A DNA stretch of 64,000 bases from Octopus sinensis (taxonomy: Eukaryota), in contig NC_043005.1 of assembly GCF_006345805.1 (NCBI RefSeq), forward strand, positions 98,270,001-98,334,000, written 5' to 3'. Below the pieces are notes generated by a model. It saw only the letters and a program-made list of their open reading frames with translations. It did not search any database and had not been told where the DNA came from. The position numbers and the translations under genes were made by a program. Position 1 is the first letter of the stretch. Each line of letters begins with the position of its first letter. Shown here one piece after another: positions 1 through 12,787 of this stretch.

Positions 1-835
1 TACCACAGATTTGCTCGTCAGTTGTTTGACCGTAACCAGTTGAGCATGTCCCTTAGTGGCTGACGATATGTGCATCTCTGATCATGTAGTGGGGGAGCAT
101 CATAGCCATGTGTTGAAAGGAATTCTTTGGGGTTTGAATAATTCAGCTCTGGAAACATGGGTGTTTCGTTCAACATCTTTAAACAACCCTTATTCAGGGA
201 CCTTTTGAGTGGGATGGGTTACTCAACCAGAAGAAAATTTGGATCTTTTCGGTTTGTAACTAAAAAATTTTAAACTTCGTATACTGGTAGAATGTGTTTA
301 TAAAACATCTTTTTCTCTTGGCTTTATTGAGAAAATTCTATAGTTTGTGAGATATTTGTTGTTTTTTTTCTTCAATTTCTGCAATTTCAACCTATCAGTG
401 ATGTCTATTGAGTTAAAAAGCATTCTGTGCCGTGAATATGTCCCTCGTTTAAGAAACAGATTGGGTTTATTTACATTTGTGAAGAAAAAAAGATACCCTT
501 CCCCCACCCCTAATCCTAACCCTAACTAACTCTAACCTTAAAAGAGATTGAAATGTAATAGATCGATTCTAGGGTCATAATTATGGGTGACAATTTCATA
601 TGACACTGCTAGAAAAAACTGCCGTTCAAACCGAGAAGATCTGAAAATTCTAATTGGGCCCCACCTGCAAGGTCATGCACTGTTTATCTTGATATGAGAT
701 CACCATGTCGCGCACATATGGTTGCGATGCATGTGCCTGGTGTACCCTTATCAGACGGGTAGTCATGATGGGTATACTGGGCTTTGTATATTTTACCCCA
801 GTGTTACTTTGATGGCATACACTACTCTCTCACTC

Positions 836-867
<32 letters not shown>

Positions 868-890
868 TAATAATAATAATGATAATTATA
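1..890 (+). mobile_element. 3' part of a non-LTR retroposon (LINE/SINE tail) ending in an (AAT)n tail, split by the 241-642 insertion
   Basis: Sequence reads continuously across the insertion (…GAAGAAAATT|CTAATTGGGCCCCACC…); (AAT)n tail at about 837-890. Confidence 0.55.
241..642. mobile_element. Non-autonomous TIR DNA element (MITE-like) with 8-bp TSD
   Basis: Ends GGATCTTTTCGGTTTGTAAC (241-260) and GTTCAAACCGAGAAGATCT (624-642) are near-perfect inverted repeats; flanks GAAAATTT (233-240) and GAAAATTC (643-650); internal degenerate CCTAAC repeats at about 509-538. Confidence 0.75.
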
Positions 891-1564
891 ATTTCTTTTA
901 TATGCACAAAGCTTGGAATAGAGCTTGTCAATTAGATTGTCCCCAGTACTTGACTGGTACTTATTTTATTAACCCCAAAAGTATGAAAGGCAAAGTTAAC
1001 CTTGGTGGGATTTGAACTCAAAACATAAAGAATCAGAACCACAAGGTATTTTGTTTGATGCTGCAAAATCCTGTCTAATGCTAATGCTATTAACTTGGTG
1101 AGTTTGTCTATCATCAATTATATTGACCCCAGAATTTGACTTGTACTTATTTTATTGGTCTGAGACGGATAAAAGTTGATCTGGGAAGGATCTGAATGAA
1201 GAAAGTAGAACTAACATGTACAAAGGAATTGTAAAGAAATGTGAAATTACACTGGAGAATATTCCAAGGAGGCTTGCTCTCTGTATTACATATTTTGTCA
1301 TTGTGTTAATCACTGACAAACAAACTGAGAAAATCCAGGCCTGCTTGTAAGTAGAAATAAATCATTGACTATAGCTGGTTGACTACAAACAGTATACAAA
1401 AATGAAATAGGCCTAGATTCTCTAATCCAAACAGTAAGAGTATTTAGCAAAAATATTGGTGTAGATTCGAGAGTAAAGAAGCAATAGTAATTATGAGGAG
1501 AGGCCAAAAGATGAATTCTGATTGTAAAATTACCACAAGATGATATCATTAGATCACTGACAAG

Positions 1565-2164
1565 TAATGGGGATACAGTTATCTAGGGAAGGTTCTGGAG
1601 GATTGGATAAATGAAGGGAAAAAAGGAAAGATAAAGTCTCCTAAGAGTACAAGAGATGAGTTAGGAAGGTGTTGAAAACAAAATTTAATGGAAGGAATAT
1701 TGGTTACTAATTTTGGCACAAGGCCAGAAATTTTAGGGATGGGATGAGTCAATTATATTGACCTCAGTAGTCTACTTGTATTTATTTTATCGATCCCCAA
1801 AAAGGACCAAAGACTTCGGTAGAATTTGAACTCTGAACATAAAGATGGATGAAATGCCACTAAGTATTTTGCCTGGCATGCTGAAAGTTCTGCAGATCAC
1901 AGTCTCAAATGGAAGTTATATTAGCAAAACAATGAATACATGGGTCATGGTAATAAGATACTATGCTCCTTTTCTAAAAAGGACAAAGATAGAGCTACAG
2001 GAATTAGATAAAAGATTTAGGAAGTTAGTCAGAATACACAATGCTCACTTCTCTAAAAGTAATATTGAGAGGTTCTACCTACCCAGGAAGGAAGAAGGCA
2101 GAGAATTGTTAATTGTAGAAAGCACCATTAGTACTGTGATATTGGGTTTGGAAAGTCATATTGT
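1565..2164 (+). mobile_element. Decayed non-LTR retrotransposon fragment (R4/Dong-like), RT C-terminal region
   Basis: ORF 1845-2189 contains NTWVMVIRY…ELDKRFRKLVRIHNAHFSKSNIERFYLPRKEEGREL, matching the INTWAV..IRY…DRLYLPRKEGGRGL signature; interrupted by an old SINE at about 1706-1890. Confidence 0.7.
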
Positions 2165-2424
2165 ATATTCTTTTACATATTTCAGTTAGTGTAACTGCGA
2201 CCAAGCTGGAGCATTGCTTTAAATGGTTTTAGCCAGAGAAATCAACCCCAGGACTTATTCTTTGTAAGCCTAGTACTTATTCTATTATTCCCTTTTGCTT
2301 AACCACTAAGTTATGGGGGCATAAACACACCAATATCGGCTGTCAAGTCATGGTAGGGAGACAAACACAGACACAGACACATACATAAATACACACGCAT
2401 GCGTGCACACACAACACACACATG

Positions 2425-2475
<51 letters not shown>

Positions 2476-3763
2476 CAGGTGAATAAATTGTCATCTAAAT
2501 CATATGAAAATGAAAATAACACTGACATCTCATTTTAACAGATATATTTACCAAAATGACATAAAAATATCTTGAAATACTAAAGAGTAAATTTATTCAA
2601 TAAACTCACCATTGGCTTCAACCATGGCTTCCAGACAACTTTGGAATCTCCTGCAACTCTTCTGGACGGTCTCCTTGTTTAAGGTGACGAATGCTGCCAT
2701 AATCCTTGCCTTCAGTTCATCTTTGGTGTTACAAGGAATTTTGTTGGTCTCCTACTCAACTGCATCCCACACATAATAATTAAGGGGGTTGCAGTCTGAG
2801 TAGTTAGGTGGCAAGATGTTAGGGGTGATGTGGTTGCAGAAATTTTCTGACAACAATGACTGGGTTCTCTTGCTTATGTGCCATGGTGCAGATTCCTGTT
2901 GCCAGACATAGGGTCTTCCAGCAGCCACCCTCTTGACTTAGAGCAGCACTACCTCCTTCAAGCACTTTATGTAGGCCTCTGTGTTGAGTCTGAGGCCGTG
3001 TGGGAAGATGAATGGAGGCATAATGTCACCATTATTAGTAATCACTCCAAATCCCATGATGTTGACTAGATGTTTGATTTTTATCACTCTTGGTACAAGT
3101 TTTGGGGACACAGCAAGCCAATGGTTGTTCTGTATGTTCCTGGCAGAAATTGTCTTCGTCTGAGAAAAACCAAAGCATGTTCGGTTTCAGGTGATGCCTG
3201 AGTTTGTTCAAAAGCTTCGTAGTGCGGCTTTTTCTCTTGTCTTTGATGGCTTGGGATAAAAATTGTCCTTTTCTCATCTTGTATAAAGAATACTGAATGT
3301 CTCCATGCAGTACCTGCCTGATAAGAAACTTAGACACTCTCATGTCTCTGGTGATGGACCTGATTGACTTGGAGGGATCGTTGTCACTCATAGCCTGGAT
3401 TTCATCAACAAATTCAGTTCTTTTCTGATCAGAACAATCAGAGTGAGTTTTCCAAACTGCTGTACCTTCCTAATCACCGTTAGATTCAACCAGCTCTTTC
3501 CAGATCCTCTGCTCTATCCTCAGACTGACACTCAGACACTCTGAAATGTTTGTATTGGAGCTTATGGTGCCAAGCAGTACAACAAGTTGCTTCCAAATTT
3601 CTTACAGAGTGAATTGCATCATGGTGCTGTTTTTCTCAGACAGTGCCCAACTGACCCTACGATAGTGTAGAGTCAACAAAATCAAAAACAATGTGCATGC
3701 ATGAAATTAAAACTATAATATGGCAACAATTTACACATCGCACCTTGTATATATATATATATA

Positions 3764-3805
<42 letters not shown>

Positions 3806-3819
3806 TATATATATATATA

Positions 3820-3867
<48 letters not shown>

Positions 3868-4101
3868 ATATGCATACATGCACATACATACATTTAAAGG
3901 TGGTGCTCCAGCATGGCCACAGTCACAAACAGCTGAAACAAATAAAAGAATAAAAAGAATACGATGGGCTTCTTTCAGTGTCCACTTACCATATCCACTC
4001 ATAAGGCTTTGGTTGGCCTGAGACTATAGTAGAAGGCACTTGCCTAATCTGCCACACAGTGGATCTGAACCCAGGACCATGTGTTTGGGAAGCAAGCATA
4101 A
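2165..4101 (-). mobile_element. tRNA-derived SINE (family A) inserted in the LINE, itself split by a mariner insertion and microsatellite expansion
   Basis: 3' half at 2165-2390 and 5' half at about 3960-4100; duplicated flanks GAAAGTCATATTGT (2151-2164) and GAAAGTATATTGT (4102-4114). Confidence 0.65.
2476..3747 (-). mobile_element. Decayed Tc1/mariner transposon, DD37D (maT-like), copy 1
   Basis: Degenerate TIRs (CAGGTGAATAAATTGT… / …ACAATTTACACATCGCACCTTG) within TA context; minus-strand remnants WFFSDEDNF, WQQESAPWH, PPNYSDCNPLNYYVW with frameshifts and stops. Confidence 0.85.
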
Positions 4102-4985
4102 GAAAGTATATTGTTGGCAGCTAGAAGTATCAAAATATTTACTGAAACTGTAGGAGAATTCAAGAACAGAAGGAATATGAAAAGAGGAGGAATTACTTGG
4201 TCAATTCATGCAACAAACCAAAGAGATTGGAAATAAAGATCTCTGGTTGTGGCTAACAGATAGAAATCTGAAGCGAGAAACCAAATCAATAATTATAACC
4301 ATTTTGAAACAAGCCATTAGAATGAATTTGATAAAGACAAAGATGGATAAAACTCAGAGAACAAACGCAGAATTTGTGGGAAAAGAGACAAAAGCATTAG
4401 CCATCTCTTAGGTGATGCAATAAGCTGGCACAAAAAGCGTATCAGCGCAGACATGACTAAGTAGGTAAAAGAGTGCATTGAACTGTCAGCTTGATTGTAT
4501 GGATTCAAAGTAGCAAAATGTGGAATGAACTTGAGCCAGGTGGAAAATAATGATAACAGAATTTTCTGTAATTTCTCCATTATCTCTGACTAAAATATTT
4601 GAAGCAAGAAGTCTGTATGTGATAGTAGAGGAGTGAAAAAAAAAAAGAACAGTGAAAGATTATAGACTTTGCAATACCATACGATAATTGAGTGGATACC
4701 TTGTTAGAGAGGTGGAGAGATTATGGAAGATTAAGATATTAAGATGACAATTCTTCCTGTGGTAATTGGTGCACTTGGCACAACACCCTAACTTCTATGT
4801 AAGTGGCTGAAGGATATTGGAATTGAGACTTGCATTATTGACCAGTAGAAAAGTGAAATTCTGTCTTCTGCAAGAATTCTTTGAGAGATTCTGGAGATTT
4901 GAGGGGATCTGTTTTCATCAAACCTCTAGACAACATCCCTGCTAACTAATGCAGCATGTTATAGTTTTAATAATAAAAATAATGA
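4102..4985 (+). mobile_element. Continuation of the R4/Dong-like LINE (zinc knuckle and RLE region) with (AAT)-rich tail
   Basis: LWLWLTDRNLKRETKSII…AIRMNLIKTKMDKTQ, then CGKRDKSISHLL…CNKLAQKAYQRRHD in a shifted frame, then a degenerate VIGALG motif; tail at about 4968-4985. Confidence 0.7.
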
Positions 4986-5163
4986 TGGTTTCTAATTTAG
5001 GTATGAGACCAGCAATTTTGAAGGGAGGTGTTTAGTTGAGACACCTACCTTAGTACTTGATTGGTACTTGATTTTATGAAACTCCAAAGAATGAAAGGTA
5101 AAGTTGGCTTTGAATAGATTTGAATAAATACTATAAGGGATTTTTTTCTGATGCTCTGATTCT

Positions 5164-5393
5164 TATTTCTTTACTGCCCACAAGGGGCTAAACACAGAGG
5201 GGACAAACATGGACAGACAAAGGGATTAAGCCAATTACATCACCCCAGTGCATAACTGGTACTTAATTTATTGACTCTGAAAGGATGAAAGGCAAAGTCG
5301 ACCTTGGTGGAATTTGAACTCAGAACGTAACGGCAGACGAAATACCACTAAGCATTTCGTCCGGCATGCTAACAATTCTGCCAGCTCGCTGCC
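5164..5393 (-). mobile_element. tRNA-derived SINE (family B) with 18-bp TSD
   Basis: TTCTGATGCTCTGATTCT at 5146-5163 and 5394-5411; body homologous to copies at 9951, 16999 and 38002. Confidence 0.85.
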
Positions 5394-6025
5394 TTCTGAT
5401 GCTCTGATTCTGCCAACCCAATTCCCTTAATAAATGCTGTTTCTAACACAGGCAAAAGGTCTGAAATTTAGTGGGAAGGAGTTAGTTGATTAAATCAACT
5501 CCAGTATCTGACTGGTACTTTATTTTATCAACCATGAAAGACTAAGTTGGAATTGGTAGAGTTTGAACTCAGGACATAAATGGCCAGAATATATGATGGA
5601 AAACATTTTTCCAACGCTCTACTACTAAAATGATTCTCGCCTATGATTTTTCCTTGCCTGTAAATATTATAACTATTACCCTGTGCCAGTGGCTAATGAC
5701 TAGCTTTATTCAACTATATATTATTTGTATTTGTTATTTATATTGTTTTACATAAATTGTCAGTCATATTATCTAACAGATCCAATTAATTTTGAAATGT
5801 TGTAACCCTTTGCCTAATCAGCATTAAATGTTTATTTGATTATTTGCCAAAGAATAACCATTTCATTATATAAAATTGTATATAATCCATTGTATTGTTC
5901 CAAAAGTTCACTTCGATATAATGATTAAGTGAAATAGGCGTAACAGTCTGTGAAGTTTCTCAGCTTCTATAAAATACTATATGTACACACAGAGAAACTG
6001 AAAGAAGGCCATTGTGTGTGTGTGT

Positions 6026-6057
<32 letters not shown>

Positions 6058-6951
6058 ATACCTTAGGTCTTTCATGAGCCTAAAGATGTATAAGGCCAAA
6101 GCTTACCCTGGCTCCCCTGGTGTATAAGTGATTGATATTACAACCACCCTGCCACAACTCACTGAACAGGAGACCCATCTTCCGCATGGTTAATTCCAAG
6201 ATATAGCTGGAACTCATTTAGTGCTGAGTGGATTTGATGCAATGGGAAATGAAGTGTTTTTTACTCAACAACACATACGCCTCACACTCCAGGAAACCAC
6301 AGTCTTACAATCATGAGTGGATCATCCCCAATCACTACACCATGTGCCTTCACTCACCTGTGTATAAATGTATGTACCAATCTATCAATATATATATATA
6401 CAGTAAAAGCAATTAAGATTCAAGTGAGTTCTATTGAATTCACATGAATGAGGTACTTAACTTAGATGCACCAAAAATCTATATGGTATTAACCATAAAA
6501 TAATGTGGGGTGATTATAAACAAGTTACCCCATAATGCCCTATGTGGGCGGTTTTTTCTATGCTCCACTATATTCCTTCAGCCATTATAATTCTAACATA
6601 GTAGTTTTGTGAAATGAACAAAAGTGTGACCAGTATCTTATCATACATCAGGAAATTATACCTACTTTATTATGGATTAATTATGGATAGACTCATCGTC
6701 TGTGAGTATGAAATATCTCCTCATATCTCCGGAAATTACACCTACATCATTATTATTATGGATGGATTTACCTTTTCTGTGAAGCTAACAAGCTTTTTTT
6801 AAAAACTTTTTTCAAGACTTGTTATAAGACTGTACATCATTAGAGAACTTTGGAAGTCTGCTTACAATCTAAATTTGCTTTTTATAGAACTATCTTTGAT
6901 ACTTCATGAGTGTAGCCTCACCCCCTAGGATGTTTGGAGAACTCATATATG

Positions 6952-7042
6952 TTTTGGCTGATGAGTACGGGACACTTGTATTTGCTGCAATATTTGCAGC
7001 TTTTAATAAAGCTGTTCTTCGTATGAAACAATTGTACTGAAA
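6952..7042 (+). ncRNA. Type-I hammerhead ribozyme motif (HHR1)
   Basis: TTTTGG|CTGATGA|GTACG…CGTAT|GAAA|CAATT|GTA|CTGAAA: stem I 6 bp (2 G-U), stem II 5 bp, palindromic stem III ACAAUUGU, GUA triplet at 7034-7036. Confidence 0.7.
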
Positions 7043-7070
7043 AACTAATCCATTCTTGTTGCTTTTTTCT

Positions 7071-7100
<30 letters not shown>

Positions 7101-7103
<3 letters not shown>

Positions 7104-7312
7104 ATGCGTAATGTCAGTGTGCATACTCGACAGAGTGTAAGTACCTTGAGAGAAAAGTTGGGCCTAAGAAGCATCAGATGTAGTGTGCAAGAGAGACGAC
7201 TGCGCTGGTATGGTCATGTGGCGAGAATGGATGAGGATAGCTGTGTGAAAAAGTGCCACACCCTAGCAGTTGAGGGAACCTGGGATGAAGTGATGAAGCA
7301 CGACCTTCGAAC
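7101..7312 (+). mobile_element. RTE-clade LINE 3' ORF fragment
   Basis: LREKLGLRSIRCSVQERRLRWYGHVARMDEDSCVKKC, the RLRW(Y/F)GHV signature. Confidence 0.8.
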
Positions 7313-7578
7313 TGCTATGTCTTCCTCACCCTTAGCAATAGCAAATCACAAACACAACTGCTCACCCAGTCCCATACTTACTTCTGTACCCAGCTACCAA
7401 AGAACACAGCCAACCCGAAGACAAAAAAAATGTTTTTGTGTAATCAAAAAGGGTAAACTTATATTTAATGTTCCACTTCTTTTCACATTTGATTTTTCTA
7501 GATAAATCTTCACTTTTCTGCATCTTTTTGCAATTGACTCCCATCATTTGTCACCCTGGGTAGCAAAAATAAAGAAGC

Positions 7579-7616
<38 letters not shown>

Positions 7617-8343
7617 CCATCATCATCACCGTCATCATCACCATCATCACTATCATTATAGCCAACACATTCTTTAATTGCCAATAATGATTTCCAGTCA
7701 ACAATTAGGTTAGTGTAATTCCTCAGTTTTCCGATTCACTTATTCACAACATTATAGCCATTTCCTATCAACATTTACTAATTAACTCGTTACCATTATT
7801 TTTGTTGTGGACATTGTACCCGTTCTCTACTTTATTGCAGTCGTTCATTTACTCAATATATTTAGGCAAATTTATTATTTGATGTTTTCACTTTCTTTAA
7901 ATATTATTGATAATGTTTTGCAAAGAATACGGACACTTCCTCAAAGCATCATCTTTTGAATTTCACATATGGCAGTTTTTCAATTTTCTGTTTTGCTTCA
8001 TGCTTCACTGCTTCCTAATGTTTCATAATAACCATTATTCTTGAAACAATCTTTCGCATCTCTGAATATTTTTATATCTGTGTTTACTTTTGAAGAATTC
8101 TTCAGTCTTATTTTTCTGTTGATCAAGAACTGGGTACCTTGTGGCTTATAACAATATTAGAGTGGTTCACACTTACTCCTTTATTGCTACATATTTGCAT
8201 AAGCAGGAAAATCTCACCATTTTCAATCTCTTTTGCTTAAGTTTTACTGTCTGTTGGTCAGGCCACATCAGTAAATATACCAACATCTTTTTGTTTCTTA
8301 TAACAACACTAGAGTAGTTTGTTTCTGTCTTTTTTATGTATAT

Positions 8344-8741
8344 AGGCACAGGTGTGGCTGTGTGGCAAGAAGTTTGCTTCCTATCCACATGGTTTTGGGT
8401 TCAATCCCACAGCATAGCACCTTGGGCAAGTGTCTTCTGCTATATACCCTCTGGTCAACTAAAGCCTTGTGATTGGATTTGGTAGATGGAAACTGAAAGA
8501 AGCCTGTTATATATGTGTGTGTGTCTCATCATGTTGGTGCTTGCCTCCACTACCTCCTGACAACTGGTAATGTTATATTTGTGTCTCCTGTAACTTAGTG
8601 GTTTGGCAAAAGAGACTGATGGAATAAGAACCAGGTTTAAAACAAAATAAGTACTGGGGGCAATTCATTTGGCTTAAACTCTTGAAGGTGGTGCTCCAGC
8701 ATGGCCACAGTCTAATGGCTGAAACAAATAAAAGATAAAGG
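8344..8741 (+). mobile_element. SINE family A
   Basis: tRNA-like head (GGTGTGGCTGTGTGGCAAG…GGTTCAATCCC), shared core, AAATAAAAG tail. Confidence 0.75.
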
Positions 8742-9950
8742 ATATGATCAAGAATGTGGCTGTGTGTTTAAGCAGTTCATGTTGCAACCATCGAGTTCTG
8801 TGATTCATCTCATTCTGTGTTGCCTTCTACACTCGCCTTGGTTGACCAGTACCATGTGAGTGGAATCAGAGATCTGGCAACCGGAAAATGTGTAGAAAAC
8901 AGTTGTACATGAATGTGTGTGTGCACACACAAGTGTGTATGTGGTTTCTTGACAATCTCCATTAACAAACGAATTATAAGAAAACTTTAAAAACTGGTCC
9001 TTTGTGAATGAGGTGCCTTGAAATATTTGTCCTGCATAATATTAGTCAAACCCTTATCCCTGTTACTACCAGAAAAGTAGTAACCCATGACTAGTTCACT
9101 AGAAACCTGTAAACATTGACTCTACTGGTTACAAATTCTGATAAGAAATATTGAAATTTTCATTTCCTAGACAATCACACAATTTTCATTCAGGAACATG
9201 AGATCCTCAATAAATAAAAAATTAAGATTTTCTTTTATCTATTGAGGCCCTCATTTCTTTACATATTTTCCAGTCGAGATAGGTAGTCATCATATCATGT
9301 TTTCCTGGTACATTGCGAGTGAACTTTTTTAGAGCATTAAGTGGAAAATGTGGCCACATCAAACTCATTGCACATGTCTTAGCCAGATTTGCTATTATTT
9401 GTCGGTGGCTGCTTCTGATAGTGTCAAGATAGATGATACTGGTTCTGAAAAGTCATTATCGAGTCTAATTTCCCAGTCAGTCAAGATCCTTAGAACCAAT
9501 TGTTGTTCTGTTGTTTGTTGCAATCAAATTTATTTTGTTGTTTTAGGACTTTCCATTGAGGATTAAATCATTAAATCATCTTGACCATTAGAGCTGTGTG
9601 AATTTTATCATTGATGGCTTGGTAAATTTGACTACCGAGGGCATACATACATACATACATACATACATACATACATACATACATACACATACAGACATAA
9701 TTCTATATGTGTGTGTGTGAGTCAAGCTAAGTAAAATTGTGGCCCTCTTTACATACAGGCATGTCCTTTATGGCCATGGCCCTCACTCCCTCTGCCAGTT
9801 GAGAGGTCTTTGACTTGCAGTTGCTGGTGCCTGCACCCAGCACACTCTGTAAAATGGTTGGTATTAGGAAAGGGATCCAGTCAGAAACCATGGCAAAACA
9901 AACAATTGGAGCCTGGTCTGCTCTTAGCTTGGCCAGTTCCTATCATACCT

Positions 9951-10358
9951 ATTTCGTTACTACCCACAAGGGGCTAAACACAGAGAGGACAAACAAGGAC
10001 AGACAAACAGATTAAGTCGATTATATCGACCCCAGTGCGTAACTGGTACTTATTTAATCGACTCTGAAAGGATGAAAGGCAAAGTCGACCTTGGCAGAAT
10101 TTGAACTCAGATGTGGCGGCAGACGAAATACCTATTTCTTTACTACCCACAAGGAGCTAAACACAGAGAGGACAAACAAGGACAGACAAACGGATTAAGT
10201 CGATTATATTGACCCCAGTGTGTAACTTGTACTTATTTAATCGACCCTGAAAGGATGAAAGGCAAAGTCGATCTCAGCGGAATTTGAACTCAGAATGTGG
10301 TGGCAGACGAAATACCGCTAAGCATCTCGTCTGGTGTGCTAACGTTTCTGCCAGCTCA
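9951..10358 (-). mobile_element. Tandem pair of family B SINEs
   Basis: About 181-bp unit (TATTTC…GACGAAATACC) repeated directly; only the second unit retains the tRNA head. Confidence 0.8.
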
Positions 10359-10669
10359 GAATGATGATGTGAATGATCATTATCTTGCAATGGCCATCTC
10401 TTAATCTTTAGCCTGTCTTTGTCTTTGATTATGACATTTAGAATGAAACCAACTGGAAGGAGAAGAGAATAAAAAACAAAATATTTAGCATGTTACCGTA
10501 TTCTTCTTTCATAAAACACTGCCTCTGTCTAAGCCTTTCTGAGGCACCAACTCTGCTCTTCCTCACTACAACCCCATTAGACGAGCTCTTTTGAAGCACA
10601 CTTTTCTAGTCCTACTTCTCTAAAATTAACCATTCTTCTCTCTCTCTCTGTCTACAACTCTTTCTGTCA

Positions 10670-10693
10670 TCTGTGTATTTATCTATTTGTCTG

Positions 10694-10734
<41 letters not shown>

Positions 10735-10901
10735 TCATCTATCCATCTATCCATCTATCCGTCTATCTAGCTATCTATCTATCCATCATCTATCTATCTA
10801 TCAATTTATCTATCTATCTATCTATCCATCTATCCATCTATCCATCTATCCATCTATCTATCTATCTATCTGTCTGTCTATCTATCAATCAATCTATCTA
10901 T

Positions 10902-10955
<54 letters not shown>
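10670..10955. repeat. (ATCT)n/(ATCC)n microsatellite
   Basis: Direct inspection. Confidence 0.95.
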
Positions 10956-10957
<2 letters not shown>

Positions 10958-11881
10958 ACATCCACGCCGTTGTTGCTGTTTAACCCCAGATCAGCTGCCA
11001 TACAAAGGATTACACTGTCCAGTGTATTCTTTACATAAGATAGTGTGTGAATGTGAACGTTTGGGTGTGTGTGTGTGTTTGTGTGGGTGGGGTGGCGGTG
11101 TGGGTGGTTCGAGAGAGACCGGTCTATAATTATTTAGCTGGTCAAGTGACTTTGTTGAGAACTCTTTTGCTATTTCGTAGTGAATTGATTTAGTCCTTTG
11201 AAAAACAATTTTCATATCAAAGCATGTTCAGCCAAAACTTTTCATCGCCTCATAATGATGATGATGATGATGATGGTGGTGATGATGATGATGATGATGG
11301 TGATAATTACAGCTGCAGTGATTGTGATGCTGAAAATGTTGACGATGGAGAACTACAATTGAGCTAATGATAATGTGATGGTAACAATGATGGTGATAAG
11401 GATGATGAGGATGAAAAGGATAATATTAAGAGTGAAGAAATGTGGCTTGTGTTTCCTTGGTAACAGAACTAATAAACAAAAAGAAGGTAATATAATTGAG
11501 TATGTATGTGTCTGTGTTTATGTGTGTGTGTGTATCTAATTGTGTTTGCATATTTCTGTGCATGTCAGTGTGTATGTGTGATGGCATTCTGAAAGATAGT
11601 GTAACATATAAAAACATCGAACCATTGTCTTTCTTTGGAATTTGTATGCAAAGTTACATGCAGCAAATTCCTTAAATTGTGCCAAAAGTGTTCATGTTTC
11701 CAAAGCAGTTTTCTGCGGTTTTTTTTTTTTATTATTCCAAAACAAAAATTTTTCCTTTTAATGTTTTGTTTCAGCCTCTTTCGTTTCCTCTGCAACTGAA
11801 CTGAGTGGCCTTTCTTGAATTGCAGAAGTAAAGACAATACTACAATTACAGTTATGTATGTAAGCATGTATGTATGTGTGG

Positions 11882-11921
<40 letters not shown>

Positions 11922-12080
11922 ATGTATGTATGTATGTATGTATGTATGTATGTATGTATGTATGTATGAAAGTGTGTATGAATATATCCATATGGAGTGT
12001 ATCTACATTAGTGTTTATGTATTTTGCATGTACAGCTGTTTGTGGATGAATGCAAATATGTGAAAATATGTGTTTTTGTG

Positions 12081-12121
<41 letters not shown>

Positions 12122-12130
12122 ATGTGTATA

Positions 12131-12491
12131 TCTCTCTCTATATATATGGCAGTTTGTCTGTCTGCATGTCTGTGTGTCTGTTAGGTTGTACCCTCACTCT
12201 GATGAAACTTGACACACACATAGCCCAATGTCATAATTCAAAACTAACGCAGCGAAAATTTTGAAAAGTTCCCCCAGTTCTGAAAAAAATCGATAAATTC
12301 GACATGGGGTCGAGAATCAGAAACACAAACCACAGACTGTCTAGGGGATGCAACTCGACCATTTTAACTCTCAAAAAAAATTTACCATCATTTTTTTCCC
12401 ATTTTTTTGCTATTTTTTGGCTATAACTCTCTAAAAATGCTTTATAGTTATTTCCCTTACAAACCCGAGCAACGCCGGGCGATACTGCTAG
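12131..12491 (+). mobile_element. Non-autonomous Helitron
   Basis: 5' A|TC start, subterminal hairpin CCCGAGCAACGCCGGG (12464-12479), 3' end CTAG|T (12488-12491), no TSD. Confidence 0.75.
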
Positions 12492-12542
12492 TATATATAT
12501 AAATATATCCATGTGTGTGTATATATCCTTGTTTCTGCGTTC

Positions 12543-12578
12543 CTTTCTGTGGAAGAGCGTAGGCTCGAAACATTAAAG
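12543..12578 (+). ncRNA. Variant-core HHR-like motif, family D
   Basis: CTTT|CTGTGGAA|GAGC-GTAG-GCTC|GAAA|C|ATT|AAAG. Confidence 0.4.
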
Positions 12579-12603
12579 AGAGTAGATATATAGACAGAGA
12601 AGT

Positions 12604-12701
12604 TAATTTCATTCTTAAGAACATAGGGATAAGAATGTGCATTGTCCGTTTAATTGGAAAATTCTATATGTGGCTGAAGATTGCTCGACATTTTAAAACT
12701 G
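12604..12701 (+). mobile_element. Truncated copy of the HHR2/HHR8 element family (5' half of the ribozyme only)
   Basis: Near-identical to 15218-15295 up to …GGCTGAAGATTGCTCGACATTTTAAAACTG, then diverges. Confidence 0.7.
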
Positions 12702-12787
12702 TAAGACCTTCTATTTATAAATGTTCTAAAATCTTCACAGCCTTGGTTTTTTTTATCTCATTCGGGGAAAAAAAATTCTATGTATAT

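Noticed and set aside
509-538. Telomeric repeat
   Set aside because: Only a few degenerate units, internal to a TIR element.
6430-6560. Possible degenerate GIY-YIG upstream of HHR1
   Set aside because: The motif requires several frameshifts to read and is too weak to call.
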